Source: Eledone cirrhosa (lineage: Eukaryota). Taken from it: a DNA stretch of 64,000 nucleotides. The DNA is taken from assembly GCA_964016885.1 (NCBI GenBank), contig OZ024756.1:34968001-35032000 (forward strand). The letters are read 5' to 3'. The notes below the pieces were generated by a model that saw nothing but the letters and a program-made list of their open reading frames with translations, did not search any database and was not told the DNA's origin. The translations under genes were made by a program, and so were the position numbers. Shown here piece by piece: positions 12,281-25,500 of this stretch (position 1 is its first letter; every line of letters begins with the position of its first letter).

Positions 12281-13254
12281 AGTCATAACTAACTACCACA
12301 AAGCCTTTTGTTCGGTGCTCAACTGATACTAGCAATCCACCAATAACATTAAAAATATAGTCAACAACAACAACAGTAATGAACACAGTACCAAAACAAA
12401 AAGGTGCTGTTGTGAAAAAAAAGAAACTGACACAGTGCTGGTGCCATGATAATATGCACCCAGTACACTCTGTAAAGTGGTAGTGCTGGTGCCATGATAA
12501 AATGCAACCAAAATGATAATGAAACAAAAGTAAACTATGGGGTTTCACCATTTAATTGCTGACAACACAAGGGCCAACATCACTTTTATCCTCACTCACA
12601 GACAAAGGTCAAATACCCCACCCCTCTATCTTTCTCTCCTTTCTTCATTCACAGACAAAGAACAATAAACACCTTGAACACTCCTCCACAGCAATTAAAT
12701 TCCTCACGCTCCAGTTTTCCTGAAACCACCACTCCTTATTTCACACTTTACCGGTTAATGGTAGCAAGGTCTATTCAACTATAAAAATAATCACACACAT
12801 CACACCAACACACTCATCAAACATCTCAACACACACACATCAAACAACACAGCAACACACACTCATCACAGCAACATACATGCACACACACACATACACA
12901 AACATATTGGATAACATGGCTACAACCATGTAGAAAACCAGTCAATGAAGGCAACATTACAATTATTCCAGAGAACCTGCTACCCTACCCTTCCCAAATT
13001 AGGCAATATACCAGCATGTGACATCTGCTGGACCTACAAAACCTTATGTTTGAGTCAAGTATTGAACTAAGAATGTTGTGTGTAAAATGAAGCAGGTGTG
13101 AGACTTATCTACCAGGGTGACTTATAACACAACCATCATCATCATCATCATCATGTTGGTATATGGTGGTCCCTAGTGTGGATTTTTCTGTCTCAAATTG
13201 GTATTTATAATGCTATATCTAATGCACCTTTGTGTGAAGATGTGTGACTTAGTG

Positions 13255-13522
13255 GTTGACAGTCTCACAACATTGGCAGTACAACCAGCTGATTGCAGGT
13301 TGACAGTCTCACAACACTGACGGTTCAACCACCTGATTGTTGGTTGACAGTCTCACAACACTGCCAGTACAGCCACCTGATTGCAGGTTGACAGTCTCAC
13401 AACACTGACCTTACATACACCTGATTGCAGGTTGATAGTCCAACAACATTGACCTTACATACACCTGATTGTTGGTTGACAGTCTAACAACATTGATCTT
13501 ACATACACCTGATTGCTGGTTG
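13255..13522. repeat. ~44-bp minisatellite (~6 copies)
   Basis: CCTGATTGCAGGTTGACAGTCTCACAACACTG core plus a short variable segment. Confidence 0.8.
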
Positions 13523-15399
13523 AAAGTGTTTGTAAAATGGTAAAAGTGAGGAGATACTTATAAAATCTAAGAATCTACAGCCAAGTCAGAAAGAGTGCAA
13601 CAGAATCTAAAATTGTAGAGTTTCTGGAGCCAATCCTCTTGTAACACATTTATTGGCATTAAGTCAACAACATCCTGTTTGGATTTCTAGGTGGAGATAT
13701 GGGGAGAAGAGCAATGAAACAGTTGGAAGACCTGATTGGTCAGGGTGAAGTGGATGTAATGTACAATAATAATATACAGGAGGTATTAGTTGGTACTAAG
13801 TGGTAGCAGGGTGTTAGTGCCGGTGGTGGTGGTGATGATAGCAGTAGCAGCAGCAACAGCAATGATGGTGGTAGTAGCAGCAGTAGTAGTAGTGTTGGTG
13901 GTAGTAGTAGTAGTAACAGCAAGAGCATGTGTAACTCTGAGTAGACACAGTTGAGTGTTCATAGAACTATCAGTAACATAGTCATTATGAAGGATGCAAC
14001 ATTCAAACCAGATGAAGATATGCAGCTTAGTGGTTAGAGTGTTGAACACATCTTCATAAGGTCTCAGGTTCAATTCCTGAACTGGGTGGCATGTTGTGTG
14101 CTTCAGCAAAACACACTATGTTGCTTTTCATGACAGGACTGGGGGGACCCCATCATTACATCACACAAGAAAGCTCCTAAAATATGTGAGGAGTAGTGTG
14201 GTAGTGAAGGCGTGTGAGGGGTAGTGTGGTGTGGTAGTGTAGAAATGTTGTGTAGTGTGGTAGTGAGGATGTGTTGTATGGTATGGTAGTGAGGACATGC
14301 AGAGTGTAGTGTGGTAATGAAGATGTGTAGCGTAGTGTGGTAGCGAGACTATGTTGTGTGATTTAGTGTAACAGTACAGTCGTGTGTATTTATATGTGTG
14401 GCAGTCAAAACTGCTAGAGTAGGAATGAATGCAGAGGAGGTGGGCAAGCGAGCAGGAGCAGATCTGAGTCGATATGTTAGACTTAATTGAAGTTTTAAAT
14501 GATGCCATCAGTAACCTAACTAATAAATCAACACTCGTTAGATTAATGACTAGAATAATCAAATTCTATGACTTAATAGATTACAACAGAATCTATCATT
14601 TAATCAGAGAATTCACTCTTGAAGTGAAAGTAATCATCATCAATGGAGAATTAGTTTCTTAACTCTTTTGATACCAAATTTACTGAAACAATACCCTGGT
14701 TTAATGATGCAGGGCTATTTATTTTGTCCCATAGACCTGCAGCTAATAAATAAATTTTTAGAATAAATAAAAATGCAAGGATTAGCGTAAAGAAGGGCAT
14801 CCAACCGTAGAATACTGCTTTAAAAAGTATTGTCCAACTCATGCTAGCATAGCATGACCCCTCCATACACACTCCACCAAAATAAAAGCTGTAAAACCGA
14901 TTATGATTATCATAACAATAAAACCTTTCTTGACTTAAAGATATGAAACAACAGGTGTTTATGTATGTGTTGTGTATGAACCCTTCTTGATTGAAAAACA
15001 CTGAAACAATAAGTGTGTTATGCCAGTTCACACCACAGTATGTATGAATGCATGTGTATATATGTGTGTGTGTGTGTGCATGTGTACCCTTGCAATATAG
15101 AAATATATACATATTAAGAAATGTGAGAAGGGAAACCTATATATATATATATATAACAGCAACAATATGCCTGGCACTAATTAGCACCTCTCCTCCTCTT
15201 ACAAGCATGTAAGGACCCCCCCCCCCCCCTCTACCCAACCTCATACAACCATGTAATATACCAAAAACCCCACCCAGTTACCAAAACAGGACCAGAAAGG
15301 AGAAACGTGGAACTGTTTTGTGTTTGATTTTTTGTTTTTTTTGTTTTCAACCCCTCGGCCAACCAAACCCAATTCTCAAAAAAACAGTCACACATACAT

Positions 15400-15452
<53 letters not shown>

Positions 15453-15492
15453 AGTATGTATGTGTGTGTGACTGTTTTTTTTTTTAGAATAT

Positions 15493-15533
<41 letters not shown>

Positions 15534-16106
15534 GAGCTGAATTACAGATGATTAGCTTAATTATCCAGTATGAAGGAGTTAATTTGCTTGGCTATTGAGA
15601 GTAGGCTATTAAATCATATATAACCAATGGCAAAACAACGAACAATCCACAATAATAACATTATTGATAATAATACTAATGATAGTAGTAGTAGTACTAA
15701 TGATGATGATAGTTGTAATAATGATGGTGATGTCTGTGTAGTAATGATGGTGGCAGTGGTGGTGGTGGTGTTTGTAATAAGGCAATTTCTAATTCTCTAA
15801 GACATAAGGCCGGCCAAAGTGTGTGTGAAATCCAGCCTCAGCCTAATGAGATGTGTAAAATGGAAAGGAATTGTTTTAGATGCCAAGAGACCCACCACTC
15901 ACCCACCCACCCATTGAGTATAAGAGGGTGGGAGTGATTGGAGTGGGGAGCTGGTTAAAAGCTAGGTCAGTTTTTTTCAACAGTAGCTCTAGTTGGTGTA
16001 CTGTAACACCACACACATACAGTGGCTGGCTTGCTGGCTTGTGAGGTATCTTGCACACAGCAGGGGAGAGTTTAGTACTTATACTTACGAGTGGGACCCC
16101 CTATCA

Positions 16107-16320
16107 TTAACCCTTTTGACATAAAAACAAAAAAAAACCTCAGACCTGGTTCAACAATACAAAACCATATTTCAAAGTGTTGTTATTAAGTAACCTATCA
16201 TAATTTAATGTAAGAATGTTTAAATTATGTTTTAAACAGCAGACAAATTATGATAAATTTTACTAAATACTTATAAGTTCTTGATTATTTTTATTAAAAC
16301 CATGCTAACAAAAGGGTTAA
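16107..16320 (+). mobile_element. piggyBac-type MITE family B
   Basis: TTAA|CCCTTTTG ... CAAAAGGG|TTAA; relatives at ~16317-16580, 42920-43161 and ~9760-10105. Confidence 0.65.
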
Positions 16321-17024
16321 CTCTTCTTATACCAAACCCTTGAAACTACCCCTAGTTCTACAATATAAAACTGTCTATTTAAACAGCTTTATATTCATCT
16401 AAAAACCTTCCATCATAATTTTAAGTAAGAACCACTGCTATGTTCCAAACAATAATCATCTTAATAATGAGAAAGTTAGTTATATTACTAAATCCTTCCA
16501 AGTTCTTGGTAATTTTTTTCAATTATTTGAAAATGATAGGCATTTTCTTTCATTAGAGATATTTTAACAAAAAGGTACCCTAGAAACCTCGTATGTTATA
16601 TGGTTGGCTAGCTAAACCTACATAAATGTGATCTGTAACAATAATTCAGGACCCTGAAGTTGGTAACAAACCCAGGCCAGAAGTAACAGGTTTTAGCTTC
16701 ACCCCCACCTTTATATAGTCATCATAATCAAGTTTCTACACGTATTTCCCCAACTCCCACTCATTCTTGGATGTGTTGAACAAGATCTTAACTGGTAGAT
16801 ATTTCTACAGTCAGATGTCCTTCCTGACACCAATCCATATCTTATTTTAAGTATGACATAAGTTGCTAATGTTTTTTATCAAATAGCAAATGCTTTGAGT
16901 CATTTTCAGAGGTCACTAGCTCTGTTCAAGTATTGACTTGGTCTGGTCTGTGAAAACCCGTCCAACCCTTGCTAGCAGGGAAGACAGGCATTAAATGCTG
17001 ATGATGCCAGATGTGGTGTTGACA

Positions 17025-17539
17025 ATGATTGTGTATGTGTACTAAATTGACAGTGTGTGCATGTGTGCCAAATTCATAGTGATTGTATGTGTATATGTGC
17101 CAAGTTGAAAGTGATTGTATGTGTGTACCAAGTTGATAGTGATTGTATGTGTATGTGTGTACCAAGTTGATAGTGATTGTATGTGTATGTGTGTACCAAG
17201 TTGATAGTCATTGTATGTGTATGTGTGTACCAAGTTGATAGTCATTGTATGTGTATGTGTGTACCAAGTTGATAGTCATTGTATGTGTATATGTGTACCA
17301 AGTTGATAGTGATTGTATGTGTATGTGTGTACCAAGTTGATAGTGATTGTATGTGTATGTGTGTACCAAGTTGATAGCGATTGTATGTGTATGTGTATGC
17401 CAATTGGACAGTGATTGTATGTGTATGTGTATGCCAATTGGACAGTGATTGTATGTGTGCCAAATTGATAGTGATTGTGTGTATGTGCCAAGTTGACGGT
17501 GAGGGTGTGCATGTGTGTGTCAAGTTGACATTGATTGTA

Positions 17540-17545
<6 letters not shown>
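17025..17545. repeat. ~36-bp minisatellite
   Basis: GTGTGTACCAAGTTGATAGTGATTGTATGTGTAT-type unit repeated >10 times. Confidence 0.9.
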
Positions 17546-17583
<38 letters not shown>

Positions 17584-19736
17584 GATACAATCAACAGCTG
17601 ATGTGTTCACTGGTTTGTGAATTTTCTCCTGGGATTGTTTGTTCTTTACTAAATACTTTTCAGTTGATAATCTTTGTCACCACCATTATCATCATCTTCA
17701 TCACCACCACCACCACCATTATTATCATCATCATCATCATCACCATTGCCATCACCCCCATTATTGTCATCATCACCAACACCACCACCCCACCATTGCC
17801 ATCACTATCACCACCACCATTATCATCATCATCACCACAACTATTGCCATCACCACCACCACCATTACCATCATCTTCATCACAACCACAACCATTGCTA
17901 CCATCGTTATCATCATCACCATTTGTTCTCAAAATAAATAACGTCAAAATCTCATAGATTCGATATTATGTGAGATAATTATGTGTGGCCTTTACCACAA
18001 AATTATAATAGTATATATATATAGAGAGAGAGAGAGAGTGTACTGTAAATGCTAAAGGGTTAATGATATCTAATTTAGGTTGAAGGCCAGCAATTTGTGA
18101 AGAGACTTGTACTTTATTTCATTGATTCTGGAAGAATAAAAGGCAAAATTGGCCTCAGCAGGATTTGAACTGAGAATGTAATGAGCCAGAACAAATTCTA
18201 AGCATTTCCTACTGATCCAACATCTCTGACAACCCACCACCATACACCAAATTAATGAGACAGTTATATTACTAAATCCTTTCAAATCCTATATTATTTT
18301 CAAAATCATAGGCAGTGTCTTTTATTAGAAATATGATGTGAGGTTGTCAGGTGGGAGCCAAGAGGTGGAGTGACACAACAGTGTGAATTAATTTAGAAGG
18401 GAGTTAAGTAGGGGGGGGGGGGGTGACAGTGTCAGGTTGGAGCAAAGATGAGGGAGAGAGCAGGGTACAGTGAAATGATTGTTAATTCAGGTGAGAGTAA
18501 AGGTGGGGGTATGTAACAGCAGAGTGATTGTTAATTAAAGTGGGAGCAGAGAGCAGGAGAGGAGGTGGGGGTGACATACTGAGAATGACTTAACTCAGGT
18601 ATAAGAGCAGGAAAGGGGTTGACAAAATGACTTAATTCAGGTGTAAGACAAGTAAACACACAATTGATGAGAGTGACTCACCACCATCTCAAAAGGACAA
18701 CCATCTAGACCTCTTACTCTATCTATCCATCTCTCTCTCTTTCTCTATATATATATCTTAGTCTCTTTATCTATCTATCTATCTCTTACTCTTTCTATCC
18801 ACCTTTTTTTTTTTATCTATCTCTTCATATTTCTATATCTATCCGTCTCTTTACCTACCTACCTACCTACCTACCTACCTACCCACTCCCCATGTCTCTC
18901 CTTCACACTTGCAATGAGAGCTGAAAGAAACAGGAAGTAAAGTGAGAACAGGAATTGAAACCAGTTCTCCAGCGCCACCACCACTACTTCTATTATATTA
19001 TCACAACCATGACAGTCATAACTTACCACCACACCACACCACACCACTACACCACCACAATTCAGATACTTTCCTCACACTGCTAACTTGAGCCATCACC
19101 TTTATAAAACAGTAGTAGTAGTCATTCCTCTTAGGAATGAAATGAAAAAGGAACTTTATAGCTCACACCAATGTAGGTTTAGCTGGCCTCCTAAGAGGTT
19201 GTATCTCATAGGAGGTTTCTCAGGTGTTATAATTATAGGGGCTCCAGTCCCATTATGTTACAGCTCACACCAATGTAGGTTTAGCTGGCCTCCTACAATG
19301 TTGTATTTCATAGGAGGGGGTTTCTCAGTTTTTGTATAAGAATAGACATTAAATATCCATTATTACCTGCAGCGATCTCAACCCCATTATGCAATAGGTC
19401 TTGTGCAATCCTCTGCATATAGCACTTTTAATAACTGTTATAGGTGGAAGATTGTAATGAAATGGCATTCCATCTAGATCGTTAGTGTAGCAATACCTGA
19501 ACACTGCCATAAAACTCACTAACTATTTGTGTCTGCTTTGTAATGCAATGTGCAGTCAATGAACTGCATATTCGTTATCTCATTGAGTGAGTGGGCTATG
19601 ACCAAAGGTCATTAAAATAAATTCAGAGACTTTCTTAATCTATTTATCTATATATATATAAATCTATTTATCTATAAATATATATAAATCTATTTCTCTA
19701 TAAATATATATATATATATATATAAATCTATTTCTC

Positions 19737-19811
<75 letters not shown>

Positions 19812-19899
19812 CTATTTATCTATAAATATATATATATATATATAAATCTATTTATCTATATATATATGTATATCTATATAAATATATATGTATATATTG

Positions 19900-20020
19900 T
19901 GTGGCTGTTTGGCTAGAGAACTGGATTCGCAATTGTGAGGTTGTCAGTTTGATTCCTGGACCGGGCGATGCGTTATGTCCTTAAGCAAGACACTTTATTT
20001 CACGTTGCTCCTTCTACCTG
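19900..20020 (+). mobile_element. tRNA-headed CORE-like SINE (5' part)
   Basis: A-box-like GTGGCTGTTTGG, B-box GTTTGATTCC, then TCCTTAAGCAAGACACTTTATTTCAC. Confidence 0.65.
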
Positions 20021-21439
20021 GAGTTGCGACTGATAGAGAGTATTAGCAATTGGAAAGACCAACGGAAACATTGTTTCCTTAGTCCGATTTGACGAAAGTT
20101 GATCGACTGTCGATATATATATATATATATATAAAATTATAAGAAACGAAATGAGCTGTGTAGTTGCTGTAAAGAATGTTTAAGATGGTAGTTTGGACGA
20201 AACAAGAGAAGAAATCCTTCATCAACTGTAAACCGAGATCATAGATTTTTCGGTGCTTAATACAGGACATCTAAAAGGGATCAGCAGCGCGCCCATCAAG
20301 TACTACTTTGATTTGTGGTCTTCCAGGTCCTAGTACCATGAGAGCGAGGAGGGGGAAGCAGAGCTAGTAATTAAGGGAATGAAGAGAGGGTGTGAGAGGA
20401 ATTTATGAAGGAACTCATTTGAATGGAAATGAATAAACTGTATTGGACAAGAGGGAGTGAAACAATTTTATCAATGAGTAGTAGTAGTAGTGGTGGTAGT
20501 AGTAGTAGTAGCAGCAGCAGCAGCAGTGTGATAGAATGTGAGTTATCTCTGCCAACCAGTTCAATGCAGTTCTGTCTGTATATCCACCACCACAGTTCTG
20601 TCTGTCTACCTCTATATAGCCACCACCCCCACAGTTCTCTGTCTCTCTCTCTCTACACACCACCCCCACAGTTCTCCCTTTCTACCTCTAACCAGCCCCA
20701 TCACTATCACCACCACAGTTCTCTGTGTCTATCTCTACACCCCCCCCCCACCACCACAGCTAGAAAGGTCATACAACACTTCATTCATAAACTAATCTGT
20801 GTTGTTTACCAAATGTTTACAGGCTCCCCTTACACACTAACTACAACACACACACATATAAACACTAACTACAACACATACATACACACTAACTACAACA
20901 CAAATATATATTACATACATATATATACACATACTAACTACAACATACACATATACATTACACATAAACACTAACAACACCCACACAAACACATTAATAC
21001 ACACCCAGCTACACACCCTTACAATATTGTACCCACCCACCTACTATTTCAAATTACACACACACATTACACACACCCTGCACCACAAACACCCAACACA
21101 CACACTTCACACCATCTCCCCATACACACACACACACACACACACACACCCATACCAGACTCCATACACCCACTCATTACTACAACCCACCCACTACTAC
21201 ACAAACAGCCCCCCCCCCCCCTACACACATACACAGAATCATGCAAATGGGAGGGAGGAAGTTAAAAGTATGTATTTGATGTCATGTGATGTGTGAAAGT
21301 AGTGGTAGGTTGGTGTTTAACCTGGGGTAAATATGTAGTGTTGTGGTATGTAGTGTATTGTATAGGTATGTAGTGAAGAGGTTATGTAGTATAGTGCTGG
21401 TTATTGTAAATGCATGCAGCGGGCATAACAAAGGTAAAA

Positions 21440-22050
21440 TGGCCAGTCCACCCTGTAAAGGGGCCGTGCTGGTAACACAACAAAAAGCACCTAGTCCACC
21501 CTGTAAGGTGGTCACGCTCGTGACATGACAAAAAGCACCCAGTCCGCCCTGTAAGGTGGTCGTGCTAGTAACATGACAAAAAGTACCTAGTCCACCCTGT
21601 AAGGTGGTCACGCTCGTGACATGACAAAAAGCACCCAGTCCGCCCTGTAAGGTGGTCGTGCTAGTAACATGACAAAAAGCACCTAGTCCACCCTGTAAGG
21701 CGGTCGTGCTAGTGAGACGACAAAAAGCACCCAATCCACTCTGTAAGGTGGTCATGCTAGTAACATGACAAAAAGCACCCAGTCCACCCTGTAAGATGGC
21801 CATGCTAGTGACACGACAAAAAGCAGCCAGTCCACCATGTTAATGTTAAGTGGTCGTTACAATGCCATGATAAAATGCACTCTGCCCACATTGTAACATG
21901 GTTGGCATTAGGAAAGGTACCCAGCTGTAGAGACAAAGCCAAAATACAGAGATGTGTGAGCAAGGCGTGGTCAACTGACCTGACTTGTCTCATAACATGA
22001 CAACCCATCAAACCCATGCAAGCATGGAAAATGGATGTCAAATGATAATG
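21440..22050 (+). repeat. 60-bp tandem array (~7 copies) derived from a SINE internal segment, followed by the SINE tail
   Basis: Unit GTGCTAGTAACATGACAAAAAGCACCCAGTCCACCCTGTAAGGTGGTC resembles the SINE segment AAAAAGCACCCAGCACTCACTGTAAA (53770-53796); the SINE tail continues to ~22050. Confidence 0.75.
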
Positions 22051-22131
22051 TTGATATATATATATATGTATATACACACACGACTATATATATACATATA
22101 TATATATACATATATATATATACACACACAC

Positions 22132-22193
<62 letters not shown>

Positions 22194-22569
22194 ATATCAT
22201 CATTTTCCCTGCTTATGATGGATTACATCATAAGACTTCATTAATGAGTAATCAATCCTGTCATTTGAATATTTAACAAAACTGTGTCGTCTCCAATTGT
22301 AGATTGAACCTGTAATCCTAGAACTATAGAGTTACAGAGCTTGTGTGTGTGTGGAAGGTTTGGTTATTGACTGGTGGTGGCGGTGGTGGTGGCGGTAGTG
22401 GTGGCGGTGGTGGTGGCATTATCGTTGTTGGTTTTTTACTGTAATAGTGCTGTTGTTGTTGGTGATAGTACTGATAGTGGTGCTGATAGTACTGATAGTG
22501 GTGCTGATAGTGGTATCAATAGTGGTGGTAATGATGTTATAGTTGTTGGTTTTGACTGTAATAGTGCTG

Positions 22570-25500
22570 TTGTTGGTGATAGTTGTGGTGCTGTTGTCAT
22601 TGTTATTGGTGATAGTTGTGGTGCTGTTGTCATTGTTATGGTGCTGTTGTCATTGTTGTTGGTGATAGTTGTGGTGCTGTTGTCATTGTTGTTGGTGATA
22701 GTTGTGGTGCTGTTGTCATTGTTATGGTGCTGTTGTCATTGTTGTTGGTGATAGTTGTGGTGCTGTTGTCATTGTTGTTGGTGATAGTTGTGGTGCTGTT
22801 GTCATTGTTATTGGTGATAGTTGTGGTGCTGTTGTCATTGTTGTTGGTGATAGTTGTGGTGCTGTTGTCATTGTTATGGTGCTGTTGTCATTGTTGTTGG
22901 TGATAGTTGTGGTGCTGTTGTCATTGTTGTTGGTGATAGTTGTGGTGCTGTTGTCATTGTTATGGTGCTGTTGTCATTGTTGTTGGTGATAGTTGTGGTG
23001 CTGTTGTCATTGTTGTTGGTGATAGTTGTGGTGCTGTTGTCATTGTTATTGGTGATAGTTGTGGTGCTGTTGTCATTGTTGTTGGTGATAGTTGTGGTGC
23101 TGTTGTCATTGTTGTTGGTGATAGTTGTGGTGCTGTTGTCATTGTTGTTGGTGATAGTTGTGGTGCTGTTGTCATTGTTATTGGTGATAGTTGTGGTGCT
23201 GTTGTCATTGTTATTGGTGATAGTTGTGGTGCTGTTGTCATTGTTGTTGGTGATAGTTGTGGTGCTGTTGTCATTGTTGTTGGTGATAGTTGTGGTGCTG
23301 TTGTCATTGTTATTGGTGATAGTTGTGGTGCTGTTGTCATTGTTATTGGTGATAGTTGTGGTGCTGTTGTCATTGTTATTGGTGATAGTTGTGGTGCTGT
23401 TGTCATTGTTGTTGGTGATAGTTGTGGTGCTGTTGTCATTGTTGTTGGTGATAGTTGTGGTGCTGTTGTCATTGTTATTGGTGATAGTTGTGGTGCTGTT
23501 GTCATTGTTATTGGTGATAGTTGTGGTGCTGTTGTCATTGTTGTTGGTGATAGTTGTGGTGCTGTTGTCATTGTTGTTGGTGATAGTTGTGGTGCTGTTG
23601 TCATTGTTATTGGTGATAGTTGTGGTGCTGTTGTCATTGTTGTTGGTGATAGTTGTGGTGCTGTTGTCATTGTTGTTGGTGATAGTTGTGGTGCTGTTGT
23701 CATTGTTGTTGGTGATAGTTGTGGTGCTGTTGTCATTGTTATTGGTGATAGTTGTGGTGCTGTTGTCATTGTTATTGGTGATAGTTGTGGTGCTGTTGTC
23801 ATTGTTGTTGGTGATAGTTGTGGTGCTGTTGTCATTGTTGTTGGTGATAGTTGTGGTGCTGTTGTCATTGTTATGGTGCTGTTGTCATTGTTGTTGGTGA
23901 TAGTTGTGGTGCTGTTGTCATTGTTGTTGGTGATAGTTGTGGTGCTGTTGTCATTGTTATTGGTGATAGTTGTGGTGCTGTTGTCATTGTTGTTGGTGAT
24001 AGTTGTGGTGCTGTTGTCATTGTTATGGTGCTGTTGTCATTGTTGTTGGTGATAGTTGTGGTGCTGTTGTCATTGTTGTTGGTGATAGTTGTGGTGCTGT
24101 TGTCATTGTTATGGTGCTGTTGTCATTGTTGTTGGTGATAGTTGTGGTGCTGTTGTCATTGTTGTTGGTGATAGTTGTGGTGCTGTTGTCATTGTTATTG
24201 GTGATAGTTGTGGTGCTGTTGTCATTGTTGTTGGTGATAGTTGTGGTGCTGTTGTCATTGTTGTTGGTGATAGTTGTGGTGCTGTTGTCATTGTTATGGT
24301 GCTGTTGTCATTGTTGTTGGTGATAGTTGTGGTGCTGTTGTCATTGTTGTTGGTGATAGTTGTGGTGCTGTTGTCATTGTTATTGGTGATAGTTGTGGTG
24401 CTGTTGTCATTGTTGTTGGTGATAGTTGTGGTGCTGTTGTCATTGTTGTTGGTGATAGTTGTGGTGCTGTTGTCATTGTTGTTGGTGATAGTTGTGGTGC
24501 TGTTGTCATTGTTGTTGGTGATAGTTGTGGTGCTGTTGTCATTGTTGTTGGTGATAGTTGTGGTGCTGTTGTCATTGTTATTGGTGATAGTTGTGGTGCT
24601 GTTGTCATTGTTGTTGGTGATAGTTGTGGTGCTGTTGTCATTGTTATTGGTGATAGTTGTGGTGCTGTTGTCATTGTTGTTGGTGATAGTTGTGGTGCTG
24701 TTGTCATTGTTATTGGTGATAGTTGTGGTGCTGTTGTCATTGTTGTTGGTGATAGTTGTGGTGCTGTTGTCATTGTTATTGGTGATAGTTGTGGTGCTGT
24801 TGTCATTGTTGTTGGTGATAGTTGTGGTGCTGTTGTCATTGTTATTGGTGATAGTTGTGGTGCTGTTGTCATTGTTGTTGGTGATAGTTGTGGTGCTGTT
24901 GTCATTGTTGTTGGTGATAGTTGTGGTGCTGTTGTCATTGTTATTGGTGATAGTTGTGGTGCTGTTGTCATTGTTGTTGGTGATAGTTGTGGTGGTGTTG
25001 TCATTGTTGTTGGTGATAGTTGTGGTGGTGTTGTCATTGCTGTTGGTGATAGTTGTGGTGCTGTTGTCATTGTTATTGGTGATAGTTGTGGTGCTGTTGT
25101 CATTGTTGTTGGTGATAGTTGTGGTGCTGTTGTCATTGTTGTTGGTGATAGTTGTGGTGGTGTTGTCATTGTTGTTGTGATAGTTGTGGTGGTGTTGTGA
25201 TAGTTGTGGTGCTGTTGTCATTGCTGTTGGTGATAGTTGTGGTGCTGTTGTCATTGCTGTTGGTGATAGTTGTGGTGCTGTTGTCATTGTTGTTGGTGAT
25301 AGTTGTGGTGCTGTTGTCATTGTTGTTGGTGATAGTTGTGGTGCTGTTGTCATTGTTGTTGGTGATAGTTGTGGTGGTGTTGTCATTGTTGTTGTGATAG
25401 TTGTGGTGCTGTTGTCATTGCTGTTGGTGATAGTTGTGGTGCTGTTGTCATTGCTGTTGGTGATAGTTGTGGTGCTGTTGTCATTGTTGTTGGTGATAGT

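Noticed and set aside
13255-13522. CRISPR-like repeat/spacer appearance
   Set aside because: The variable parts are only ~12 nt and are related or duplicated; eukaryotic intron, no cas genes. It is a minisatellite.
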